IMG/VR virus record: IMGVR_UViG_3300036790_000219 | Location: 56,058 to 120,057 of that record | Strand: one strand, 5' to 3' | Length of the DNA stretch: 64,000 bases | Origin: a virus | Shown here: piece after piece, positions 53,020 to 63,812 of the stretch | How the letters are laid out: the number at the start of each line of letters is the position of its first letter | Position numbering within the stretch: position 1 is the stretch's first letter | Notes under the pieces: generated by a model | The model's database searches: none | What the model was told of the DNA's origin: nothing | The model's input: the letters and a program-made list of their open reading frames with translations, nothing else | Position numbers and translations under genes: made by a program

Positions 53020-55324
53020 ATGATGGCCGGATATTATCTAGACGTGACAATCAATCGCAAGAACGGCGAGACAAAAGAGCACCGAAACGAAAAGGACGTC
53101 TCGCTCGCCGGGATTGCACTTACTGATCTCTTAGAAAAACACCCCGACGCCACATCATTTGTCGTAGCCGTCGTCCCGAAGTCAGAGTAGGCTACCCGAT
53201 GAAAATGTCGAAGATAGAGGTCGGCATGAGGCTCATCTGCAAAAACAGAGGGGCGCTTTCTCCCATTACCGTGACGGAGCTTACCTCGCGCGGCTTCAAA
53301 TACCGTTTGGATGAGGTAAGGTTACTCATGCCGGGCAAGACGTTTGCCATAGACGGCCACGAGCATTTTGGTATCGACGGCGAGTCATTCTACGAGTTGG
53401 AGAAATAGCCCCGATGGCAACAATCACACTCAAACTTCAAGCCAAAACTACTAAGGCCGAGGACGACGAAGCCAATCTGTTACTCGCTGCTGCCTTGTGT
53501 CGTGACACCGACGAAATTACTGATCGCTTCAAACGACCAGCGATAAAGAAACTGCTCAGGCGCGGCGTTCTAAAAATCAACTGCAGCAACTTGGATATTT
53601 AGGCCAGTCATGCCACTGCGCGAAAAAGCACTGGAAATGAGGAATGCCATTGACGGCATAGAATTGGCATTGCACGGCAACAACAAGATCACGGACACGG
53701 CAAGACTGTTCGACGATGCGGAGGATGATCTTGTTGTGAAGGTGGCTATGACTGCCGGCAATCTTCGTCAAATTTGCACAGCACTCGATGAGTGCAACCG
53801 CATTATCCACTCGCCGGAATTTATCCCGGCCAACCTGGCAGAGTAGTCCCGATGAATCGACGTCAGATAGATGAGGCAGAACAGGAAGTCGAACAAATGA
53901 AGCAGGCATATCTTCGCCGCTTCGGTTGGGACTTAACCTGCAATACGCCGGGTTCGTATTGGCTCTGGCGCCGGGATTTTGCAACTGAGGACGCCGCAAG
54001 CCATCGTCGTTGGGAAGAGCGCGGTCCTGGCCCGCTGGGGTGGCCGTCCCAACCACGGCCTTATGGCGTCATAACCGCATCGCTCGACCTCGCCGTTTCA
54101 ATGACGGAACGATTTCTTGACGAGCATCCGGACGTAGCAGAGTAGGATTACGCCCATGGCAACGCTTTCGCTTGATCTCACCAAAAAAGCTTCCGAGACA
54201 GAGATCGCGGCTGCGCAAAAGCTGCAGGTGGCTGCGCTTACTAGGGACGTTGACGAAACCAACCGTCTCCTGAAAACACCAACCATAAAATCGCTTCTCA
54301 AGCGCGGCGTGCTTCGTATTGATCGACGCACTGTCCTCGACTTTGAGGGCGAGCAACACGAACTGTCAGAGTAGCCCGCCATGACCGACGCTGAAATTCA
54401 GGCGATCCTGAGCGAAAAGAATGTATTAATCGACGCCCTCACGTTGGAGCGCGATCAACTACGCGGCGCGTTGAACTTTATAGAAGCTGCAGCGAGCGAT
54501 GTGTTGGCCGGATATGTTGCTGCTGCAGGATGGGTCACGCAAAACGATGATGGTTCTATCGTCGCGGCGAGATCGTTCCTAACTCAGTAGGAAGAGGCCG
54601 CCATGTCTGCCATATTCAATTTCATCAGCGGAAAACGGCGCGGCAAGATCGCCGAGCTTGAGGCATCGGTTGGACACACCGCTGGCTACCTCGGCTTGGA
54701 ACTTGAGGAAAACGAGAGGCTCCGCGCCAAGCTCGATCAGATTGCGGCCGTCTGCGACGACAATGCCGCGGCGACCTGCGACGCTCACATGACGTTGAAA
54801 TTCATCCGCCAGATCGCAGCCGCCTAACCGAGTAGGATTACGCCGCCATGAAAGTATATCGGCTTAACGAGTGGCACGAGGCTTGCGGCGATGTGCTGTG
54901 GTGGAAATTTCCGGTCACTGAGCCGCCTTATATTGGATCGCCCCTGGACGTTGGTCGCGCCGTGGAAGTGACAATCCGCGATAGCGTTCGGAATTATACT
55001 TATACGCAGCATTTCGGTGGCTGGCCTGGCTATCACACGCACTGGACTCAAATCGATGTCCCAACTCTTTGAAGGTAGAGGCCGATGCAGCACGCGACGA
55101 CACTTGACGAAGTCTTGTCGCTCCGCGACGAGAATGCGCGGCTCTTAAGTATATTGATGCGTTACCGCTACGCAGTCGCATTTGCCGCCGCAGAAGCATG
55201 GGCTGGAACTGCTGAGACACGCGATAGGTTTGAATGGGCGCGCGCGAGCGACCGGCACGGCAATCTTAGCGACGGCGAACTGGCTGGTGTCGGCGCTGAA
55301 TTTCATCGTACTGCTGGCCTATAG
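53020..55324 (+). other. Run of ten small ORFs joined by similar TAG-(GATTAC)-CCS-ATG linkers
   Basis: ORFs 53020-53190, 53199-53408, 53414-53602, 53610-53846, 53852-54145, 54156-54374, 54381-54590, 54603-54827, 54848-55072, 55085-55324. Confidence 0.65.
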
Positions 55325-55340
55325 GATTACCCCCCCCCCG

Positions 55341-55895
55341 ATGAACCGCCGAACGACACTCACAGGACTTGCCGCCGCGCTCGCGGCCGCAGCGTTCCCA
55401 TTGCCCATTTCCGCAAAGGTCAAGCATGTCATTATGCCTAGCCTCTCCTGCGTGGAACAATGTAGTGAGGCGATTCGCGAGAATACGCGAACGATCTTTT
55501 GGGAAGTGATGGAACGATGGAGTTGCCGCGACGGCAAACTTTATTCCATCGAAACGGCGAAGGTAGTATCACCGCGCTACTGGCAATGGCTCGCCGAGGA
55601 GACAGAGCCGCGCAATCACTATCCTCATATCCAATTCGGCGGGGCAGTTGTCGCCGGCAAGGGCGATCCTGAGTTCTACAATCGATGGCTCACCTACGCT
55701 CGCACACTCAGCCGCAATTGGCCGGAGATCGGCGATGCAAGGTCGCTTGCTGCCGCAAATCGTCTCGAAGATAAGTTTATATCTCGCCCGGACTATGAAA
55801 GCGATGTCCAGTGGTTGCTAGAAAGGCAATCCGGGGACGCAGTTTTTGAAGGGATTACCCCGAGTGATCCACACTCAGATGGGGAATTATTATGA
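55341..55895 (+). CDS. Hypothetical protein with Tat-like signal
   Basis: MNRRTTLTGLAAALAAAA. Confidence 0.5.
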   Translation: MNRRTTLTGLAAALAAAAFPLPISAKVKHVIMPSLSCVEQCSEAIRENTRTIFWEVMERWSCRDGKLYSIETAKVVSPRYWQWLAEETEPRNHYPHIQFGGAVVAGKGDPEFYNRWLTYARTLSRNWPEIGDARSLAAANRLEDKFISRPDYESDVQWLLERQSGDAVFEGITPSDPHSDGELL

Positions 55896-56365
55896 CTACT
55901 TTGATCCGACTTCTGGAACCGTGTGATATACCGGCTTGCGTGCGTCTCGGCGTTTTAGGGTTTGGTCCTTTTGTTGGCCATTTGGCCCATGTCGATTTGA
56001 ATGAAGCGTTCAATTCGACAGCATGGCGTCCAACGTTTTACGTCGCGGAAATTGACGGTAATGTGGTTGGGATGGGTGCCTATAACATCGCATGGCTCGG
56101 GTACGGCATCTATTCGCTAACTTGGCTGATCGTCGCGCCGGACTTTCGGCGAAGGGGTATAGCCAAGGCGTTGATTGATCGCCGCCTCGCCGATCTCCGG
56201 CCAATGGCTCGGCTTATATTGACCGAAACGCCTCGTGAGGAAGTCGCGCACCTCTACGAGGGCCGATACGGGTTTCGTCGGTTACTAACCATTCCAGGGG
56301 AGTTGGAAAGAGAACGGTCTGAAATTCTTCTTGGATGGACGCCGAAAGCGTCGCCAAGGGCGTGA
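55892..56365 (+). CDS. GNAT acetyltransferase
   Basis: VAEIDGNVVG, LIVAPDFRRRGIAKALI, LYEGRYGF. Confidence 0.88.
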   Translation: MTTLIRLLEPCDIPACVRLGVLGFGPFVGHLAHVDLNEAFNSTAWRPTFYVAEIDGNVVGMGAYNIAWLGYGIYSLTWLIVAPDFRRRGIAKALIDRRLADLRPMARLILTETPREEVAHLYEGRYGFRRLLTIPGELERERSEILLGWTPKASPRA

Positions 56366-56403
56366 ATTGAAGAATTTGGCCGCCAAAATGAGGAGGTAGT
56401 TTT

Positions 56404-56625
56404 TTGGTGATAATTTGTGGTTTTGTAGCGGCTGGTGGTGCACTTTACGCTTTGCTTGGCGTCGTAGCTGCCAGGAATATCAATAAGCAGGTTAAACGCA
56501 ACGGGTACGACGAACACGCTACGGGCTTCCTCTTTGGTTGTTTTTGGCCCCTTGCTATAGTACTAGTGGGTACTGCTACCGTATTGTTTGATGCTCCAAT
56601 CGGTGGCTCGGACCTTGTCAAATGA
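56404..56625 (+). CDS. Small membrane protein
   Basis: Two hydrophobic segments; GAGGAGG RBS. Confidence 0.5.
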   Translation: MVIICGFVAAGGALYALLGVVAARNINKQVKRNGYDEHATGFLFGCFWPLAIVLVGTATVLFDAPIGGSDLVK

Positions 56626-57062
56626 CCGAGAAGAATCCCTACAAGATGGACTACCCCGGTTGGCTAGAACTAAAATGGCACGACGGCTATGAGGATCTGA
56701 AACGGTGGTTTTACAATTACCGTACAGGTCTCAACGTAGCGTTCTGTAATGATTCCGAATGGTTGGTCATCGATGACAAGAAGTTTACGGTGCGGAACAA
56801 GCAACATGTCCACTATACGGGGCAGATAGGATCTGATCACTATCCAAATTCCGTTCGCAAGGTGGACTTCGAGATTGATGCCCCACCGCCACCGACATTT
56901 ATGCAAGCCCCCAAACGGCCTAAACGGTTGGAGGTTCCTTCACATATATCCCCTAGGAACATGTACGCGAATCTAGTAAGTTCCGCATGTGCCCCCACTA
57001 GCCCTAGGATTGGGCTGAGGACGGACGACACATGCTTTTTTTCAAATTTCTCGCGCTTGTAG
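56622..57062 (+). CDS. Hypothetical protein
   Basis: ATGA coupling. Confidence 0.45.
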   Translation: MTEKNPYKMDYPGWLELKWHDGYEDLKRWFYNYRTGLNVAFCNDSEWLVIDDKKFTVRNKQHVHYTGQIGSDHYPNSVRKVDFEIDAPPPPTFMQAPKRPKRLEVPSHISPRNMYANLVSSACAPTSPRIGLRTDDTCFFSNFSRL

Positions 57063-57952
57063 GTGCTCTCTTGGGCATCTATGTCGCGGCGGCACTGCAA
57101 AGCAGCCCAGAGGTCGCAGATGCGAACCTCTGCAAGCTCTTACGTCGTATATCGTCAGAAGTGCCGGATAGGTGCACTCAATCAATTGACAATTATGCAA
57201 CTGTGATTGCGATCCTCTTTGTGCTGCTATGCGTGCTAATATTACTTTGGGATTTTCGAAAACATCCGTTTTGGCACACCGTAAAAATCGGTTTGGCTAA
57301 GGTGGTACCACATCTCATTCCTATTGGCCTGATTGTTATAGTTATAGGTGCGGTCATCGTCGGGATTGGCGCTTGGCAAAAGCCAAATATTGTCGAAGTA
57401 CGCAGTTTCGGCTTTGCACCTTCTCCCTCACCGCCGCCATTGCCGCCGGAACCGCCGCCCCGTCGCTACACGGCGTATGAAAAAGAACAAAGGTTGCGAG
57501 CAGTCGATGAAATATACAGCGTTCTGACAACTGAAATTGCCCCCGCTTATACACAAGTTCGAGATGTCATCAACAATATTTACACTACCGTTGGCGACGG
57601 TACCGCCGTTCCGAAATTGCAAGACTACTCAGTCAAAGCTCATGCGGCATTTAATGACCTAAATACTCTTTTGGAAAAATACGAATACTTTCCAGACATC
57701 GTACAATCTGTAAAAAAGAACCCTTATAACGTCGTGGCAGCTACAAATGCCGCTCAGAATCTAACGGAAGAAATTCAACAATTACGGAACAAAGTTCCTA
57801 ATGACATGCGTTGGTTTCTAGATCGCGATGTGGTCTTAATGGAAGCGCGCAATTCTATGAGGGATTTTGACACCTATCTAAAGGAAACGATGCCACGCCT
57901 ACAAGAGAAACGCGCCGAGATCGAAAAGGCCGACGTTTACTCGGATAAGTGA
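57032..57952 (+). CDS. Membrane-anchored protein (2-3 TM, poly-Pro linker, helical domain)
   Basis: Hydrophobic helices, then PSPSPPPLPPEPPP. Confidence 0.55.
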   Translation: MLFFKFLALVGALLGIYVAAALQSSPEVADANLCKLLRRISSEVPDRCTQSIDNYATVIAILFVLLCVLILLWDFRKHPFWHTVKIGLAKVVPHLIPIGLIVIVIGAVIVGIGAWQKPNIVEVRSFGFAPSPSPPPLPPEPPPRRYTAYEKEQRLRAVDEIYSVLTTEIAPAYTQVRDVINNIYTTVGDGTAVPKLQDYSVKAHAAFNDLNTLLEKYEYFPDIVQSVKKNPYNVVAATNAAQNLTEEIQQLRNKVPNDMRWFLDRDVVLMEARNSMRDFDTYLKETMPRLQEKRAEIEKADVYSDK

Positions 57953-58140
57953 CATGACATCAAACAAAACCACGGATCGATTTGACCAGCTTCTCCGGGC
58001 CATTGTCACCCAACCCGAACCTTCGGTTCCTTTCGTCTTAATGGGCAGACTGTTCGGGCACACCGCTTCTCTTGTGAGGTTTTGGGGCACCGTTCCTGTC
58101 CACCGGAACATCACCGTGATCACACCTGCAAGTTCTCGCT

Positions 58141-58500
58141 ATGCGTAAACCCCGAACACATCGAAGTCGTCCACAAGAAGGTCAACCAAGACCGCAGGTG
58201 GGAAGGAAAACGAAAGGTCCAGAGCTAGAGCCGGACCCGCTTAAAGAGGAACTTATGCTGGGAGCCTATCTCAGCTTCCTAAGTTGGGCAGCGAAGCGGA
58301 AAGATCTTTGGGAGGGGTTTGCGGTAGCTACTGGGTTAAAGTTGCCTGAAAGTTCGTCGGTTATTGAGTGTATGATTGATAGAGCCACCGGCTTCGAGGA
58401 GAACGTGGCAACACATTTCATAAAGTGGGTAACGGAGAACTACTGGGGAGTAGATGATGCCCCGGCTGTGTACTATAAGATCATCGCGGGGTTGAAATGA
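58141..58500 (+). CDS. Hypothetical protein
   Basis: ORF track. Confidence 0.45.
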   Translation: MRKPRTHRSRPQEGQPRPQVGRKTKGPELEPDPLKEELMLGAYLSFLSWAAKRKDLWEGFAVATGLKLPESSSVIECMIDRATGFEENVATHFIKWVTENYWGVDDAPAVYYKIIAGLK

Positions 58501-58690
58501 GTATTTGGCCATGTCAGAACGGGGCCTTATGCTTAGTACCATGTGCGGGCTGTCCGGGGCCGGAATGTGATCACCTTCTGCCACTATTTCTTTGTCGGCA
58601 GTGCGTACCAATGAAGACCGCTTCCACTAACAGTAGCGGGAAGAAGACGGAACGGTACCGCCCAAAATTTTTGGAGGACTGATTGGTCTG

Positions 58691-59164
58691 ATGGGGAAAC
58701 TTGAGCTACAAGAGATCATTCGAAAGTTACCCCGGTTAACCCTAGTTGAAAAGCGCATTCTGCTGAAGGAGCTTGGGTCAGCCTCTGTTACCCCCCCAGA
58801 AAAGTCGTTGGATGATTGGCTGCTTCCTGGAATTGAAGCTGAGCTTAGGCGACGTGGTCTTTCACACCGAGCGCTGAATCAGAAGTTAATTAATCGCCTT
58901 GCGCCAAACTACTTCGAAGAATCAAAGCGGGTACGGGAGCACTTGTTAGGCCAACTTAAGCCCCTCAAGCTCAAGCATGCGGAATTGATCTCGCTTGGCG
59001 GTATCTTTGCACAAGCGTTAGCTTCGTACCGTTCACCGGTCACGCCTATAGGTATCAAGTTTATGCTACAAAACGTTGGCAACATTCCGGAAGCGATTGA
59101 GCAGTCCTTTCCAGGGTACCTTGGCGCTGGCATGTTACAGTACTTGATTAAGGAGATCCGATGA
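58691..59164 (+). CDS. Hypothetical protein
   Basis: ORF track; upstream of helicase. Confidence 0.55.
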   Translation: MGKLELQEIIRKLPRLTLVEKRILLKELGSASVTPPEKSLDDWLLPGIEAELRRRGLSHRALNQKLINRLAPNYFEESKRVREHLLGQLKPLKLKHAELISLGGIFAQALASYRSPVTPIGIKFMLQNVGNIPEAIEQSFPGYLGAGMLQYLIKEIR

Positions 59165-59371
59165 ACGATAAAAATTTTTTCGGGGCCGTGCAGGAGTGGT
59201 CCTTATGCTGGTCAAGCTTTGACGCACTATACGGACAAGTTTGTAGTGTATAAACCGATGATGCAGTTTTCTTTGGCTTCTTCTTCAGAATGCCAAGCCG
59301 TCCCGCTTGGTGAGTACTGGTTTGTACACGGAATGTGGATGTGGTGCCCGACTTAGTATGTTCTAGTTGGA

Positions 59372-61717
59372 ATGGCTGCAGACGAACTATCTCCCTCATT
59401 GCAGGAATCAATTTTAGCGGCTCTCATTTTTGATGAGAAAGCAGGCGCGGCTATCGCTATACAGGTTCTGCCCCGCCACTTTGATGAGAACTACCGTCCA
59501 ATAGCAGAACGGGTTCTGGGCTACCGTAGGAAGTACGGGCGTGGTCCTGGCCGCCAACACCTAGATGATCTCTTCGGAAAGCTTCTACACGAAGGCCGTA
59601 CGCCTAGGCTGCGTCGGGTGCTCTTTGGTCTGGCCGAATTAGCTGAGGGTCTAAACGGAGACTACGTTGTTGCCCGAACGCAGGATTTTGTCCGTGAGCA
59701 GCAACTTAAGGCGGCGCTCATTGATGCGAATTCGCGTTTTGAGCAAGGTGGTGAGGGTCTTGCGCCGGATATCGAGGGCATATTTGGCAAGGCGCTCCGC
59801 TACCGTGCCCAGACGTTGGATGCAGGGACCTTCCTAAGTGATACAACGAAGTCGCTCAAGTTTCTAGACCGTAATATTGAGGGGGGAATTTCACTTGGTA
59901 TTCGCGAGCTAGATCGAATAGGTGTCCAACTCATGCCAGGGGAACTTTTGCTTTATATCGGTGCGAAGGGCTGTTTGGTTGGAGAAACCTTAGTGGACTG
60001 CCCTAGGGATCTTAAGAGGTACCCTCGGGGAATCCCTCTTAAAAATTTGGTAGGTAAGAAGTTCCTGACCTATAGCTGGGATACTTGGCAAAACAAGTTG
60101 GTTTTGTCTAGGGTTTTAGACGTGTGGAAGACTGGTGAGAGACCCGTTTATCGGGTGGTGTTGACTGCGTACCCAACGCGAAAAGCTGGTGAATCAGGTA
60201 GACGCAATGGCGGGAAAGCGGTTAGTCCTTATTTGCCTCCCACTGAATTAATTGGAACCTACGACCATCCAGTTCTATTGTGTGATGGAACCTGGAAAAA
60301 ACTTGGAGAATTGACACCCGGATCGTCGTTGAAGTCCTTGTACCGGGGTGGATTGGGATCGCTTTCTACGGTGGGCTTACGTGTTTCTAAAGAGAAACCT
60401 ACAGTTGTTTCTCGTCATTGGTATTGGACAAGTAAGCTCAAAACGCCAATTATTTACCACAGCCTTGGGAGCGCAGTGGAAGAACACCGTTTCGTTTGTG
60501 CGGCCGTGAACGGGCCGTGTTCTGCCAAGTTTCACGCCCACCATAAAGATCGTAATAGCTACAATAACACCCCGGATAACCTTGAATGGCTGAGTGCTCC
60601 GGATCACGCTTCCCACCATCTGCGCTTGCGTAATTTAGAGGGAACTGCCGGTTGGAAAGTCTCGGGGGTACACCCTCGCGGAATGAAGGATAAAACGCAT
60701 TCTTCTAGGACTAAAAAGCGTCAACAAAAGGCGTCAAAGCAGTTGGCGGTAAGAAGACGGCGCGACGGGGCGGGTCGATTTGTTGTTGATCAGGTCAATC
60801 ACAAAGTAGTTTCCGTTGAGTATCTTGGGGTTCGGCCAGTGTACGATATGGAGGTTGAGAACACATCCAATTTTGTTGCTAACGGAGTATTTGTCCATAA
60901 TTCAGGCAAGACTTGGGCTTGTATTCATGTTGGTAAGCAAGCCCTCGTCCAACGTAAGAAGGTCCTGCATATTTCTAATGAAGTTGATGAAGACGTTATG
61001 ACGGGGCGATATTACCAAGCCTTATTTGCTGCTTCTACCCGCCCCGATAAGTATGATAAGACCTTCCTCGAATTTGATAAGTTGGGAAGGCTAGCTGGAT
61101 TTAGAACCCGTAAGGTCTCCCCAAAATGGGACTTCTCTGCGCCCTCTGCTCGGCGGGAGCTCCGTAAGAAGCTACAGCCTTGGGGCACTCGATTAGGTAG
61201 GCTTTGTGTTAAGCGGTTCCCGTCAGGGTCACTGACCATGTCACAGCTAGAAGCCTATTTGGACTTCCTGGAGAGTGAGCACAAGTTCATTCCACAGGTT
61301 CTGATTATTGACTACCCCGATTTGATGGCGCAGGATGTTAAGAACTATCGAATTAGCCTCGGCCGTACTTTTGTGGATATTCGGGGGTTGCTCGGGGAGC
61401 GCAGTATAGCGGGGTTTACGCCTACCCAGGGTAATCGGGCGTCTATAAAAGCTTCTCGTGTAAGTTCAGATATGGTGGCGGAGGATATAACAAAGGTCAA
61501 TACCGCTGATAATGTTTTGACTTATTCCCGCACTGAAGCGGAGAAGCGTCTCGGACTGGCGCGGTTACACGTGGCCCATGCTAGGAATGGTCGTGATGGT
61601 GATGTGATTATAATCACGCAAAGTTACACAACTGGGCAGTATGTTTTGGATAGTGCTCTTATGCAGCAGGCATATTGGACTCAACTCGAAGGCGAAGAAG
61701 GGGACGACGATGAGTAG
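59372..61717 (+). CDS. DnaB-like replicative helicase containing an intein
   Basis: Walker A YIGAKG|SGKT split by intein; VLHISNE; LIIDYPD; TPTQGNR; VAHARNG. Confidence 0.88.
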   Translation: MAADELSPSLQESILAALIFDEKAGAAIAIQVLPRHFDENYRPIAERVLGYRRKYGRGPGRQHLDDLFGKLLHEGRTPRLRRVLFGLAELAEGLNGDYVVARTQDFVREQQLKAALIDANSRFEQGGEGLAPDIEGIFGKALRYRAQTLDAGTFLSDTTKSLKFLDRNIEGGISLGIRELDRIGVQLMPGELLLYIGAKGCLVGETLVDCPRDLKRYPRGIPLKNLVGKKFLTYSWDTWQNKLVLSRVLDVWKTGERPVYRVVLTAYPTRKAGESGRRNGGKAVSPYLPPTELIGTYDHPVLLCDGTWKKLGELTPGSSLKSLYRGGLGSLSTVGLRVSKEKPTVVSRHWYWTSKLKTPIIYHSLGSAVEEHRFVCAAVNGPCSAKFHAHHKDRNSYNNTPDNLEWLSAPDHASHHLRLRNLEGTAGWKVSGVHPRGMKDKTHSSRTKKRQQKASKQLAVRRRRDGAGRFVVDQVNHKVVSVEYLGVRPVYDMEVENTSNFVANGVFVHNSGKTWACIHVGKQALVQRKKVLHISNEVDEDVMTGRYYQALFAASTRPDKYDKTFLEFDKLGRLAGFRTRKVSPKWDFSAPSARRELRKKLQPWGTRLGRLCVKRFPSGSLTMSQLEAYLDFLESEHKFIPQVLIIDYPDLMAQDVKNYRISLGRTFVDIRGLLGERSIAGFTPTQGNRASIKASRVSSDMVAEDITKVNTADNVLTYSRTEAEKRLGLARLHVAHARNGRDGDVIIITQSYTTGQYVLDSALMQQAYWTQLEGEEGDDDE
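59972..60901 (+). mobile_element. Intein (310 aa) with HNH endonuclease
   Basis: Starts CLVGETLV; block B LIGTYDHPVL; HNH HAHHKDRNSYNNTPDNLEWL..H..HH; ends VYDMEVENTSNFVANGVFVHN; +1 Ser. Confidence 0.92.
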
Positions 61718-61725
61718 GGGGGAAG

Positions 61726-61929
61726 ATGCCTATTCGCTTGGCAATTGACAAACGAGACTGTGATGGGGCACTTCAAATTTGTATTGAACGAACTCAAACA
61801 GGCACAGGGTTAAGACTTCTTGGGCCTAAGTATGATGGAAAAGGTAAGCGTCTCGCGAGTAGCGTGCTTACCAAAGCAGATGCTGACCAAATTCGCTCGT
61901 ATCTTGACGAATATGAGTTAGACGCCTAA
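61726..61929 (+). CDS. Hypothetical protein
   Basis: GTGLRL.GPK motif. Confidence 0.5.
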   Translation: MPIRLAIDKRDCDGALQICIERTQTGTGLRLLGPKYDGKGKRLASSVLTKADADQIRSYLDEYELDA

Positions 61930-61951
61930 CACATTTTAAGGGAGCGCGGTA

Positions 61952-62203
61952 ATGAATGAGCTAGGACGCCGCCCGGATTATCGAATCATGGCACTAGACA
62001 AGGACACTGAGGAACGGGGTGAGCTCGGTGCCGGGTGGTTGAAGGAGGACGGTTCGATCTACCTCAAGTTTAACCCTTTCGTCACCGTCCCGGTGGGAGG
62101 ACGGTTCTCAGTTGCTGCTTTCCCAATTGATCATGAGCGGGACGAGCGCATTCGCCGTTCTTCTGCTGCTGCAGATGCAAAGCGTAGACCCCGCCGTAGA
62201 TGA
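61952..62203 (+). CDS. Hypothetical protein (DUF736-like)
   Basis: RPDYR...ELGAGW..DG.IYL. Confidence 0.5.
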   Translation: MNELGRRPDYRIMALDKDTEERGELGAGWLKEDGSIYLKFNPFVTVPVGGRFSVAAFPIDHERDERIRRSSAAADAKRRPRRR

Positions 62204-63774
62204 TCCCAGCGAAGGCGGTTAAGAAGTACCTCGTACAAACACGGGATGATCATCGCTGGCTTAAGAAGCTTAAGCACAAAGACCTTGATAGGCTTTTGGC
62301 GGAGCTCAATCCCCCGCCGAAGCCTTGGCACAAGTTAGGGCTTCATCAAAAGGTCTGCCTCTACCTCGGCATCAAGTACGGCTGTTTTGCTTTCTGGCTC
62401 GATATGGGTACGGGTAAGACGCTCGTTGCTCTTGAGCTTATGCAGTACTGGTGGGACAACAACCTTCTGCGTCGTGCACTGATCTTCGTCATTTCTGATA
62501 AGGCTTTCTCAACTTGGGAACGCCAGGTCAAGCAGTATAAGATTTCTGTTCCCTTCGTTTCCCTTGATGCTAGTTCGTCGGAGGAAAAGTGGCGGTTGCT
62601 TGACCGTTTTGATCGCGGGCTTGTGCTTCTGCACTACCCCGGCACAGTCGCCATGGTCTCTGAGCCCAGCCAGAAAAAGAAGAAGGGTTGGCAGCTATCT
62701 GAAGATGGCCTTAAGCGATTACTTAAGGAAGTAGATGCCGTAGTTCTTGATGAGAGCACGAAGTGCGGGAACACTGGATCATTAACTTACAAGCTTTGTA
62801 AACGAGCATCGAAGCAGGCTGAGTTTGTTTATGCTTTAGCAGGTATGCCGTTCGGGCGTGACCCCACACCGCTCTGGCCCCAGATGTTCCTGGTAGATTT
62901 AGGAGAGACACTAGGCCCTACGAAAGGGTTGTTTCGTGAGGCATTCTTCACTGAAGAGGACAACCCACATGGGAATGAGTATTCCAAGAACTACAAGTTC
63001 CGGAAGGTAATGAAGCCAAAGCTGTCTCAGATTCTACAACATCGGTCAGTTACTTACACTGCTGAGGAGTGCATTGACCTACCATCCTTCCGCAGGATCT
63101 TGGAGGAGGTCAAGCTTTCGCTTGAGGTTCGGGAGCAATACGAAGCTCTCGTCGAGGAGCTCATTGAAGCTGGTGGAAATAAGCGGGTCGTGAAGAACGC
63201 CTTCCTGAGAATGCGACAGCTGTCCTCTGGGTTCCTGGGTCTCAAGGATGATGAGACCGGCGAGCGGGCGACGATTGAGTTCGATCAGAACCCGAAGCTG
63301 GAGCGTACGCTTGAACTCGTTGATTCCCTTCCGGAGAACCGTAAGGTGTTGATTTTTTACCAGTACACGTATTCCGGGCGGCGGTTGACTGAAGAGCTTA
63401 CCAAAATGGGGCTAAAGCCGGTCTGGCTCTGGTCGGGTACCAAAGCTCCTAGGAAGGCCATGGAGCGGTTTATGGAGGACCCAGCCACGACCGTAGCGGT
63501 TGTAAACAACCAGCTTGGAGCCTATTCTCTGGATGGTTTGCAGGTGGCTAATTACGAGCTTTTCTATGAAAGCCCAGTCTCGGCAATAGATCGGGTGCAG
63601 GCGGAGAGGCGTATCCGTCGCCAAGGCCAGGTGCGGAGGTGCTTTTATTATGACGTCATCTGCAGAGGGACGGTGGATACTAAGATATTGGATTTTCATC
63701 GTGAAGGCGAGGATTTGTTTAAGTCATTGTTAACTCACCCGAAAGCGATTTTAAGGGGTGGGGCCGCCCCGTAG
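62200..63774 (+). CDS. SNF2-like helicase
   Basis: DMGTGKT, VVLDEST, LAGMP, RMRQLSSGF, NPKL, QAERRIRRQGQ. Confidence 0.9.
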   Translation: MIPAKAVKKYLVQTRDDHRWLKKLKHKDLDRLLAELNPPPKPWHKLGLHQKVCLYLGIKYGCFAFWLDMGTGKTLVALELMQYWWDNNLLRRALIFVISDKAFSTWERQVKQYKISVPFVSLDASSSEEKWRLLDRFDRGLVLLHYPGTVAMVSEPSQKKKKGWQLSEDGLKRLLKEVDAVVLDESTKCGNTGSLTYKLCKRASKQAEFVYALAGMPFGRDPTPLWPQMFLVDLGETLGPTKGLFREAFFTEEDNPHGNEYSKNYKFRKVMKPKLSQILQHRSVTYTAEECIDLPSFRRILEEVKLSLEVREQYEALVEELIEAGGNKRVVKNAFLRMRQLSSGFLGLKDDETGERATIEFDQNPKLERTLELVDSLPENRKVLIFYQYTYSGRRLTEELTKMGLKPVWLWSGTKAPRKAMERFMEDPATTVAVVNNQLGAYSLDGLQVANYELFYESPVSAIDRVQAERRIRRQGQVRRCFYYDVICRGTVDTKILDFHREGEDLFKSLLTHPKAILRGGAAP

Positions 63775-63781
63775 CTTAGTC

Positions 63782-63812
63782 AAATTAGCAGGGAGAGGCC
63801 CTGCTAATTTTT
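63782..63812 (+). terminator. Intrinsic terminator
   Basis: AAATTAGCAGGG-AGAGG-CCCTGCTAATTT-TT. Confidence 0.7.
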
